NCBI GenBank assembly: GCA_965116785.1
Contig: OZ220731.1
Location: 3,619,922-3,683,921 of the forward strand
Reading direction: 5' to 3'
Length of the DNA stretch: 64,000 bases
DNA from: Dehalococcoidia bacterium
GTDB lineage: Bacteria > Chloroflexota > Dehalococcoidia > Lucifugimonadales > UBA3495
In this document: positions 27,855 through 34,971 of the stretch, piece after piece
How positions within the stretch are numbered: the stretch's first letter is position 1
Layout of the letters: each line of letters opens with the position of its first letter
Position numbers and translations under genes: made by a program
Notes under the pieces: model-generated
Databases searched by the model: none
Told to the model about the DNA's origin: nothing
The model's input: the letters and a program-made list of their open reading frames with translations, nothing else

Positions 27855-28412
27855 TCAGGTATCGAAAATATCTCGGACCGCGCAACTGAAGCCAGGCAGG
27901 ATTTCGCCGCAGTCCAAGGCATCGTCCTCGTTGAGCGTTCTCGCGGATCCTTCGGCAGGCAGGACGAGTATGGTCCGGGTGTTTGGATAGACGACCAGAA
28001 CCAGGCGAACGCCGTGCCGCAGCCACATTTGCGCCTTGTCGTATATCGCTGCCGTTTGATCCCCTGGTGAGGCGATTTCAACCACCAGATCGGGCACCAC
28101 TTCGGCATATCCGCTAACCCGCTGGTCCAGCGGGATGCGTTCCGCCGAAATAAACGCGATATCGGGCTCACGCACTGTATCGGGATTTCGTTCCAGACGT
28201 ATTCCGGCATCGGAACCCACTACGCGACCCAAACGGCGCGGCCGGACGAACGCCCGAAGCTCGGCGGCAAAGTTGATTACGATTTCGCCGTGTTCAATTC
28301 CGGCAGCCACTGTTTTGTACAGGACCCCCCTGATCAATTCGCCGCGCACTCCGTGGGCATACAACTCCAGGAGGTCATTGGCAGTAAGCAGTTTTTCTGA
28401 TGTGGTGGTCAT
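27855..28412 (-). CDS. Uma2-family (DUF820) putative endonuclease
   Basis: GELIRGVLY....AGIEHGEI, REPDIAFIS, VPDLVVEIASPGD......KAQMWL.HGVRLVLVV: the Uma2 D...E.S pattern. Confidence 0.8.
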   Translation of the reverse strand: MTTTSEKLLTANDLLELYAHGVRGELIRGVLYKTVAAGIEHGEIVINFAAELRAFVRPRRLGRVVGSDAGIRLERNPDTVREPDIAFISAERIPLDQRVSGYAEVVPDLVVEIASPGDQTAAIYDKAQMWLRHGVRLVLVVYPNTRTILVLPAEGSARTLNEDDALDCGEILPGFSCAVRDIFDT

Positions 28413-28453
28413 GGCGCGTTCTGTGGGAGCATGGAAAGCGCAGGCGATTTTAG

Positions 28454-28639
28454 TCAGCGGGAGCGCTGCCCAGCCGCAGCTTCCCGCTGCGCCTTTTCGA
28501 GTCTGGCCACGGCCCAATCAGACAGTTCCAACCCTCGGTCAGGGTCGTCCAGCATTTCGGTGACGACCTCGGTGACGGTTTCGCGGATCAGCGCGCGGAG
28601 CTCGTCGACGGTGAGTTCGGCAACTGTCTGGGCGGCCAT
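28454..28639 (-). CDS. Small hypothetical protein upstream of Uma2 gene
   Basis: 61 aa from MAAQTVAELTVDELRALIRETVTEVVTEMLDDPDRGLELSDWAVARLEKAQ; helical and acidic. It is co-oriented with the Uma2 gene, 41 nt upstream. Confidence 0.4.
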   Translation of the reverse strand: MAAQTVAELTVDELRALIRETVTEVVTEMLDDPDRGLELSDWAVARLEKAQREAAAGQRSR

Positions 28640-28731
28640 GGTTCCTCCGGTCGAGGGCAATTGCGACGGCGCGGCGTTTGGGTCAGCGGAACGTGAGTGA
28701 GTCTATCACTCGGTATTTGCGCACGGCAAAC

Positions 28732-28768
28732 CGGAAAAACACCGCCGCCGGTTGTTCCCCGGCGGCGG
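28732..28768 (-). terminator. Rho-independent terminator after the 283-aa duplicated-domain gene
   Basis: The minus strand reads CCGCCGCCGG-ggaacaa-CCGGCGGCGG followed by TGTTTTTCC, 39 nt after the stop at 28807. Confidence 0.65.
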
Positions 28769-28806
28769 CAATGTTCGGCCTCACGGCCTCGGCTGGCGCG
28801 GTTGGA

Positions 28807-29658
28807 TTACCGAACCAGGTTGGGCGTGACCTCGGCGGGGATGCCGCCGGCTTCCATCTCGCGGCCGCGGGATTCCACCTGGGGGATCACAGAGGCCAGG
28901 AGATCTTCGTCCAGGTCGGCGGCGACGCCGGGGTAGCCGGCGCGTTCGAGCATGGCCTTGAGCTTGCCGGTCTTGAACTGGTCGAGGCACCAGCCCAGCG
29001 GGTCGGGAACGAGGGTCTTGTCCCAGAAGATGCGGTGGTTCTTGTTGCGGGGGCCGTAGTGGTAGTGCGGCTCGTCCCGGAAGCAGTCGAAGGCCAGCAG
29101 CTCCGTCTCCTCGGTGAACACGCGACCGGTGTTGCCGGCGAGGTCGCTGAGGACGTGGATGGCCAGGCCGCCGTCGCCCGAGGCCTGACGGCGCATCTCC
29201 AGGCCGAAGCGGATGTTGCCGGCTTCGATGATGTCGGTGCCCCGGTTGTGCTTGACGGTGTTGCGCTCGCCGGCGAACTTGACCCGCGCGGTGGCGTCGA
29301 CCTCGTCCAGCGCCGCGTTGACGGCGTTCATATCCAGCGATCCGGCGGCGTCGCCGTAGCCGGCACGGGTCAACATGGCGGCCAGGTTGCTGCGCATGGT
29401 TTTCACCGACCAGCCGATGGGGTTGCCGTCGACGGTGTGGTCCATCCGATACGGGATGCTGTCGCCGTCCGGCGCGTAAACATAGCTCTTTTCAAGGTCG
29501 AAGCAGTTGAAGCGCAGGGCGGTCTCTCCGCCGACGTCGACCAGGATGACCACGCCCTGATCGGAATGGTCCTGGATGTTGCCGTCCCACAGCTCGTGCT
29601 GAACGATGAAAGTCACGTTGCCAGCTTCGAATCGGACGCGGCCAGTTTGAGTCGTCAT
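28807..29658 (-). CDS. Hypothetical protein with two tandem copies of the FDCFR..PHYHY domain
   Basis: ATG at 29658 follows AGGAGG. Domain 1 ends ...ALRFNCFDLEKSYVYA...NPIGWSVKTMRSNLAAMLTRAGY. Domain 2 ends ...ELLAFDCFRDEPHYHY...DPLGWCLDQFKTGKLKAMLERAGY. It is a paralogue of 4650-5090. Confidence 0.65.
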   Translation of the reverse strand: MTTQTGRVRFEAGNVTFIVQHELWDGNIQDHSDQGVVILVDVGGETALRFNCFDLEKSYVYAPDGDSIPYRMDHTVDGNPIGWSVKTMRSNLAAMLTRAGYGDAAGSLDMNAVNAALDEVDATARVKFAGERNTVKHNRGTDIIEAGNIRFGLEMRRQASGDGGLAIHVLSDLAGNTGRVFTEETELLAFDCFRDEPHYHYGPRNKNHRIFWDKTLVPDPLGWCLDQFKTGKLKAMLERAGYPGVAADLDEDLLASVIPQVESRGREMEAGGIPAEVTPNLVR

Positions 29659-29743
29659 GGTTGTTTTCCTCCTTTTTTGAGAACGAAAGTAAGCGAAATA
29701 TAACCGGGCCGTTTCGCGAGTGTCAAACCGGGGCCATGCACGG

Positions 29744-30226
29744 TCACATTCCCAGGGCTTCGCGGATGCCACGAAGCTGGTTGAGGTGCTCGCCCCAGTG
29801 TCGTTCGAGACCGTCGATGAACGATTGTGCGGTGCGTTGTTCGTGGATTTCCCGGTGTGGAAGGTGGGCCATGGCGGTGCGTTCCTCAAAATCACCGTCG
29901 CCGGCGTTGGCAATGGCGTGCTCGGCAGTCTGCAGGATGGCCAGGGGGCCCGCCAGGGCATCGTCGATTTCAGCGGCCATGCGCTCGGGCGTGACGTTGC
30001 TGATATCGGGAAGGATGGTAACTTCAGGCAGGCTTCCCGCCAGCACGCCGGCGATGACGCTGCCGATGCCGCCCTCGGGCGTGTCGACCAGGTGATAGAG
30101 AACCTCGCGTGCACACCAGCCGTCGCCATCCTTCCAGTCCAGGCAGTAATCCATTCCGTCCAGCAGGCCGGTCAGCTCTTCGCGGATGCGCTGGACTGTG
30201 GCGAGGTTAGTGTCGCGGCTGGCCAT
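29744..30226 (-). CDS. DinB-superfamily protein
   Basis: Start MASRDTN (30226). WCAREVLYHLVD, a HLPHRE-like His motif, and a C-terminal ERHWGEHLNQL give the DinB_2-like helical bundle with His triad. Confidence 0.7.
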   Translation of the reverse strand: MASRDTNLATVQRIREELTGLLDGMDYCLDWKDGDGWCAREVLYHLVDTPEGGIGSVIAGVLAGSLPEVTILPDISNVTPERMAAEIDDALAGPLAILQTAEHAIANAGDGDFEERTAMAHLPHREIHEQRTAQSFIDGLERHWGEHLNQLRGIREALGM

Positions 30227-30935
30227 ATTCGTACTCTCCGGTTTCGTGTTGCGAGGCATCGTCGGCAAGGGTCTGCGGCGGCTTGAGCAATCCGGCGACC
30301 AGCCACATGCCGCTGACGACGAGCCACGCGAGGAAGGCAATGCCGGATATGCGGTGCATAACGGTGGCGGCGTCAACCCAGATGAACAGCATCGCGACGC
30401 CGATGATCACGTCGGCCACGGCGGACGCTTTGAGCAGCCCGCCGGCGCGCCACTGCACCGGTCCCAGGGAGATGATACCCAATCCTGCCAGGGTAAATCC
30501 CACCTTGCCAGTAATCTCTCTGGCCATATCAAGCTTGGCGGCCCATTCGATCAGGTGGGCGCCATCGAAAGCGATTGCGCTGGGGCCGAGGACGGTCAGG
30601 ACGATAGCGCATACTCCCGACGCAATCGTAACCCAACCTGAAACGGATAGCGCCGTCATTGCGAGGCGGGCGGCCACGGGTTGGTAGGGAAGTATGGCGC
30701 CACGCAGCATGGCTGCCGCGACCAGCAGGAACATGCCGGAAAAGATGCGTGCCGCAGCGCTGTAGGTGTAGGCCAGAGTGTTGTCGTCGATGGCTTGAAG
30801 AGACGCCAGCAGGGTGGGTTGGTCGGCATCGGCCATGAGACGAGTGGGCACCATGATGGCGGTGGCCACTGCGGTGAGGAGGAGGAACAGGCCGGCGAGT
30901 CGGGGGCTGCCGCCGAAGTAGGAGGCTACGCGCAT
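30207..30935 (-). CDS. Integral membrane protein (DUF4386-like)
   Basis: 242 aa with about 6 hydrophobic helices (LAGLFLLLTAVATAIMV, IFSGMFLLVAAAML, and others). It has high-GC backbone composition. Confidence 0.6.
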   Translation of the reverse strand: MRVASYFGGSPRLAGLFLLLTAVATAIMVPTRLMADADQPTLLASLQAIDDNTLAYTYSAAARIFSGMFLLVAAAMLRGAILPYQPVAARLAMTALSVSGWVTIASGVCAIVLTVLGPSAIAFDGAHLIEWAAKLDMAREITGKVGFTLAGLGIISLGPVQWRAGGLLKASAVADVIIGVAMLFIWVDAATVMHRISGIAFLAWLVVSGMWLVAGLLKPPQTLADDASQHETGEYEYGQPRH

Positions 30936-31003
30936 ATCGATCAGTCGATCCCCATGTGTAAATTCAAAATAATATGAGCTTTAGCGACAGTCATGTTGGC
31001 GTT

Positions 31004-31471
31004 TCAGAAGCCGAGCAGGGCCCTGATGCAACCAAACTTCCAGACCAGCGCAATCGCGATGACCAGCATCAAGTAAAACGGCCAAACCGCCGTTGAGCGC
31101 AGACTCGCCAGCAGTTGCTTGTTGACCGCTCCGACCGGACGCATCACGTACAGATCCGGCAAGGCTATCCCGCCGTCGCTATGGAGTTTGCGGACAAAGG
31201 CGTTGTACGAATTGCGAAAGACTTGCTCCAACGCCAGGTAGTAGGCGTCCAGAAACAGGAACAGTAGCGTCGGCAGAAGGGCCAGCAGAGCGTAATCGAT
31301 CGTGTCGGTTCGGGCCACGAGAACCAGGATGGCGGCCACCAGCACGATGCACCAGTTCTTGCACGACGCGCTGTTGCCGGCCATGCGCCGGATGACGTCC
31401 TGCAGGATGGTCAGGTGCGTGCGAACCGCCTCGGAATTGGCGTCGTATGGCTTTGCGTCGGCATCGGCCAT
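31004..31471 (-). CDS. Small three-helix membrane protein, candidate effector partner of the TIR-like protein
   Basis: Start MADADAK (31471) lies 5 nt after the TIR gene stop. A cytosolic helix (SEAVRTHLTILQDVIRRMAGNSASCKNW) is followed by hydrophobic helices CIVLVAAILVLVA, ALLALLPTLLFLFLDAYYLAL and VWPFYLMLVIAIALVWKF. About 50% G+C. Confidence 0.6.
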   Translation of the reverse strand: MADADAKPYDANSEAVRTHLTILQDVIRRMAGNSASCKNWCIVLVAAILVLVARTDTIDYALLALLPTLLFLFLDAYYLALEQVFRNSYNAFVRKLHSDGGIALPDLYVMRPVGAVNKQLLASLRSTAVWPFYLMLVIAIALVWKFGCIRALLGF

Positions 31472-31476
31472 GGGAA

Positions 31477-31986
31477 TCACTGGAATTGGCGGCGTATCTG
31501 TATCGCTTCCTCTACCCAAGCCTGCAAATTGTTTGTGATGGTTGCGTATGCGCGTTGGCTATCGCTGGATGCCGGGTTATAGTCTTTCAAGACACTCGAT
31601 AATGGCTTTTTTGTGTCGGTAAAGACCACTGCGTCGAACGGGTTTTTGCCGGGCAACTCCTGCCGCCCGAAGCGGTCTTTAAGATTGTGGATATAAATCC
31701 CCACGACACCCTTTCCGTCATTCCACGATTTTGTTATTTCGTACTGAACCCATTTGCGCCCGGCCGTTTCGCTGCCAATCAAAACGACCGTGCAAGATCT
31801 GGTGTTGATCTGTTGGTCGATCCACCGTTGGATAGCGGCCTCTCCTCCTCTTTTGATGGTTTCCCAATTGTTGTCGGTGACGGGTTCGTTGCCTTCCAAT
31901 ATGCCAGCGTTTCTAATCTGTGCCGCACGCCATGCGTCTTTTTCGTAATGAAAACTGAAAAACACTCTGCGCTTTGGTGAAGCCAA
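31477..31986 (-). CDS. TIR-like domain protein (DUF1863 / Thoeris ThsB type)
   Basis: TTG start follows AAGGA. RRVFFSFHYEKD, IKRGGEAAIQRWIDQQINTRSCTVVLIGSETAGRKWVQYEI (candidate catalytic Glu in WVQYEI) and GKGVVGIYIHNL match the MTH538/ThsB TIR-like family pattern. Confidence 0.8.
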   Translation of the reverse strand: MASPKRRVFFSFHYEKDAWRAAQIRNAGILEGNEPVTDNNWETIKRGGEAAIQRWIDQQINTRSCTVVLIGSETAGRKWVQYEITKSWNDGKGVVGIYIHNLKDRFGRQELPGKNPFDAVVFTDTKKPLSSVLKDYNPASSDSQRAYATITNNLQAWVEEAIQIRRQFQ

Positions 31987-32043
31987 TTATCGATCCTTTG
32001 TGCCTTGTACGAATATTGATCCGACCAATATTTTAGCATCAGA

Positions 32044-33357
32044 CTACGCCGTCGGCTCCCGCTCCCGGCCGGGGATGGCCAGCGAGGCCAGGAAGCCCAC
32101 GCCGTAGATGCCGCCGGCGATGAAGAAGCCGTACTGCCAGCCCAGCCACTCGATGGGGCCGAAGATGAACACGGCGGCGACGGCCCCGAACAGGACGTTG
32201 TTGCCCCACATCAGGCCGAGGAAGCTGGACTCCAGACGGTAGCGCGCGGCGACGTCCGCAGCGGCCGCCGAGGTGAGGTTGATCACCGTGAAATGCTGCA
32301 ATCCGTAGAGCGCCACACAAACCGTTATCCAAACGGAGTATTGCGGGCCGCCCAGGGGGATGGCCAGGGTCAACACCGTGGCAAAGGCCATCAGGAACAC
32401 GATGAGCGGCTTGCGTCCCACTCGGTCGGACATCGCGCCGAGCAGGGGAGCGGTGACCATCGCCGGCCCCACCATCAGCGCCAGGTGGGCCGAGGCCTGA
32501 AACGTGTTGATGCCCAGGGCGTGGGTCAGGTACAGCGGCACGAGGAACAGCATGGACCCATCGGCCATGCCGCGCACCGCCGCCACAACAAAGATGGCCC
32601 ACAGCCGAGTCCCGCGGAAGGCCACATAGGTGCCTCGCCACATGGTGGTGAGCCGCTGTCCCAGGTCAACGTTCACCGGGGGCGCGCCGCCGGCGTGGCG
32701 GAGCAGACCGTAGATGACGAAGGTGGCGACGAACATGATCGGCGCGCCGAAAGCCAGGATCCACCGCCAGCTGACCGGCTCAAGGCCCAGCTCCCAACCG
32801 ACGGCCAGACCGTCGGCGGCCTCCCAGCGCAGGGCTCCGAGCAGCAGGATGCCGGCGATCATCGGGCCGACCACGTCGCCGACGCTGCCGGTGGAGCGGT
32901 GCATCGACAGGAACAGGCCCCGGCGGTTGGGGAAACGCTGGGCCAGCAGACCCAGGGCCGGCGGATGCCACAACGCCGCGCCGGAGGACGCCAGCGCCAA
33001 CGCCAGCAGGATCACCCCGTAGGACGGCGAAATTGCGATGAGCAGCAGGCCCACCGCGGTGAGCAGGGCGCTGATGGACAGTACCCAGGCGATCCGATGG
33101 TGGAGCAGGTCGGACAGGAACCCGCCGGTGACGCTGGTGATGCCGGCCGAGGCCGAGCGCACGGCCACGATGGCCCCCACCTGGAGCGCGCCGAGGCCGA
33201 GGTCGACCGCCATGACCGTGGTCAGCAGCGGGATGCTGTTGGAGATGAGATGTTCGAAGCCGTGGGCTCCGATGAGGGTCGACGCCAGAACCCGATTGCC
33301 GGTGCGGCGTTCACCCGTCACCGGCGCATCGGGAAGCGTCCCCTGCGCTGCGGCCAA
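32044..33357 (-). CDS. MFS transporter
   Basis: 437 aa, about 12 TM helices, D-R-x-G-R-K/R loop (MSDRVGRKPL). It is a close paralogue of the adjacent upstream gene. Confidence 0.85.
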   Translation of the reverse strand: MAAAQGTLPDAPVTGERRTGNRVLASTLIGAHGFEHLISNSIPLLTTVMAVDLGLGALQVGAIVAVRSASAGITSVTGGFLSDLLHHRIAWVLSISALLTAVGLLLIAISPSYGVILLALALASSGAALWHPPALGLLAQRFPNRRGLFLSMHRSTGSVGDVVGPMIAGILLLGALRWEAADGLAVGWELGLEPVSWRWILAFGAPIMFVATFVIYGLLRHAGGAPPVNVDLGQRLTTMWRGTYVAFRGTRLWAIFVVAAVRGMADGSMLFLVPLYLTHALGINTFQASAHLALMVGPAMVTAPLLGAMSDRVGRKPLIVFLMAFATVLTLAIPLGGPQYSVWITVCVALYGLQHFTVINLTSAAAADVAARYRLESSFLGLMWGNNVLFGAVAAVFIFGPIEWLGWQYGFFIAGGIYGVGFLASLAIPGREREPTA

Positions 33358-33375
33358 CCTGGATTTGCCTCGTGG

Positions 33376-34773
33376 CTAGGCCGAAACCCGCGCCGCCTCG
33401 CTTTGGGGGACTGCAGCCGCATCGGCGGGAGCGTCCTGTGCCGGCACGGTCTCGGGTGCCGTGGGCTTGCCCGGGATCAACAGCGAGATGAGGAAGCCCG
33501 CGAAGTAGATGCCGGCGGCGATGAAGAAGCCGTACTGCCAGTCCAACCATTCCACCGGCCCGAAGATCATGAATGCGGCGATGGCGCCGAACAGGGTGTT
33601 GTTGCCCCACATCAGTCCGAGGAAACTGGACTCCAGCCGACGGCCGGCGGCGATGTCGGCGGCGGCGGCCTGGGTCAGGTTGTTCACTGAGAAGTTCATC
33701 ATGCCGTAGATGGCGACGAAGACGGTGATCCACGCCGTGTAGCCTCCGCCGCTCACCAGGATGATCGCGATGGTGAGCATCGTGGTGACGCCCATGATGA
33801 AGATGATCAGCGGGCGTCGCCCGATGCGGTCGGACAGAGAGCCGATGATCGGGCCGAAGAGGATGCCCGGGAGCACCATGAGCATGACGTGGACGGCGGC
33901 CTGGAACTCACCGACGCCCAGATGGATCAGGTACAACGGGACCAGGAACACCAGGGAGCGGTCGGCCATGCCGCGGACGGCGGAAACGGTGAAGATGGCC
34001 CACATGCCGGTGCCGCGGAAGGCGTCCTTCATGCCCGCCCAATTGGTGCGGATGCGGGCGCCGACGTCCACGTTAACGGGTCGCTCGCTGCCCGCGTTGC
34101 GCAGCAGGATGAAGATCACCACGGTGGCGACGAACATGATCGGGGTGCTGAACCCCAGGATGTACCGCCAGTCGACGGTGCCCCAGGGGAGCGCCCATGA
34201 GACGCCCACCTCGGCGCCATCGGCCCCGCCGCTCCAGGTGAGGGCGCCGGCGATGAGGGCGCCGGCGGCCAGCGGGCCGATGACGTCGCCGATGCTGCCG
34301 GTGGAGCGGTGCATGGAGATGAAGAGGCCGCGTCGCTCGGGGAAGCGCCGGGCGAGCAGGCCCAGGGCCGGCGGGTGCCACAACGCAGAGCCCATGGACC
34401 CCAGGGCGATGGCACACAGGATCAGGGCGTAGGATGGCGCGATGGACATGAGCAGGTAGCCCAAACCGATCATGAACGTGCTGATGGACAGCACCAGGGC
34501 CACTCGATGGTGGAACAGGTCAACCAGGAATCCGCCGGCGGTGCTGGTGATGCCGCCGAAGATGGAGCGGATGGCAACCACCGCGCCGACGCTGAGCGCG
34601 CCCAGCTCAAACTCGGTGATGATGGCCAGGATGATGATGGGGATGCTGTGGGCGTACAGGTGCTCGAAGGCATGGGCGCCCACCAGGGTGGTCGCCATCA
34701 CGGAGCCCTTGGTGCGGGGCTGCGTGTCCTGCGTCGCGGGTTGGGAAGGACTGACGCCGGCTGCCTGTGCCAT
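33376..34773 (-). CDS. MFS transporter (tandem paralogue)
   Basis: 465 aa. It shares long blocks with 32044-33357 (LESSFLGLMWGNN.LFGA.AA..IFGP.EWL.WQYGFFIA.GIY, LSDRIGRRPL). Confidence 0.85.
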   Translation of the reverse strand: MAQAAGVSPSQPATQDTQPRTKGSVMATTLVGAHAFEHLYAHSIPIIILAIITEFELGALSVGAVVAIRSIFGGITSTAGGFLVDLFHHRVALVLSISTFMIGLGYLLMSIAPSYALILCAIALGSMGSALWHPPALGLLARRFPERRGLFISMHRSTGSIGDVIGPLAAGALIAGALTWSGGADGAEVGVSWALPWGTVDWRYILGFSTPIMFVATVVIFILLRNAGSERPVNVDVGARIRTNWAGMKDAFRGTGMWAIFTVSAVRGMADRSLVFLVPLYLIHLGVGEFQAAVHVMLMVLPGILFGPIIGSLSDRIGRRPLIIFIMGVTTMLTIAIILVSGGGYTAWITVFVAIYGMMNFSVNNLTQAAAADIAAGRRLESSFLGLMWGNNTLFGAIAAFMIFGPVEWLDWQYGFFIAAGIYFAGFLISLLIPGKPTAPETVPAQDAPADAAAVPQSEAARVSA

Positions 34774-34883
34774 GTAATGCGCTCCTCAGAAGGTGGCCAG
34801 GGGCGGGATGGGCCGCATTATACACGACGGCAACCCGTCCGCCGGCCGCGGATTTCCAACGCCGGCGACTGTGCAGAACGAAG

Positions 34884-34917
34884 AACTCCCCGCGACCTGA
34901 ACTGGTCGCGGGGAGTT
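34884..34917 (-). terminator. Rho-independent-type terminator after the binding-protein gene
   Basis: aactccccgcgacc-tgaact-ggtcgcggggagtt forms a 14-bp perfect stem. On the minus strand it is followed by cttcgttctg. Confidence 0.6.
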
Positions 34918-34971
34918 GGTTCGGCCAGAGATATTCCTGGCTCAGCTGTTCATTGGGGCAAGCTCGCGAGG

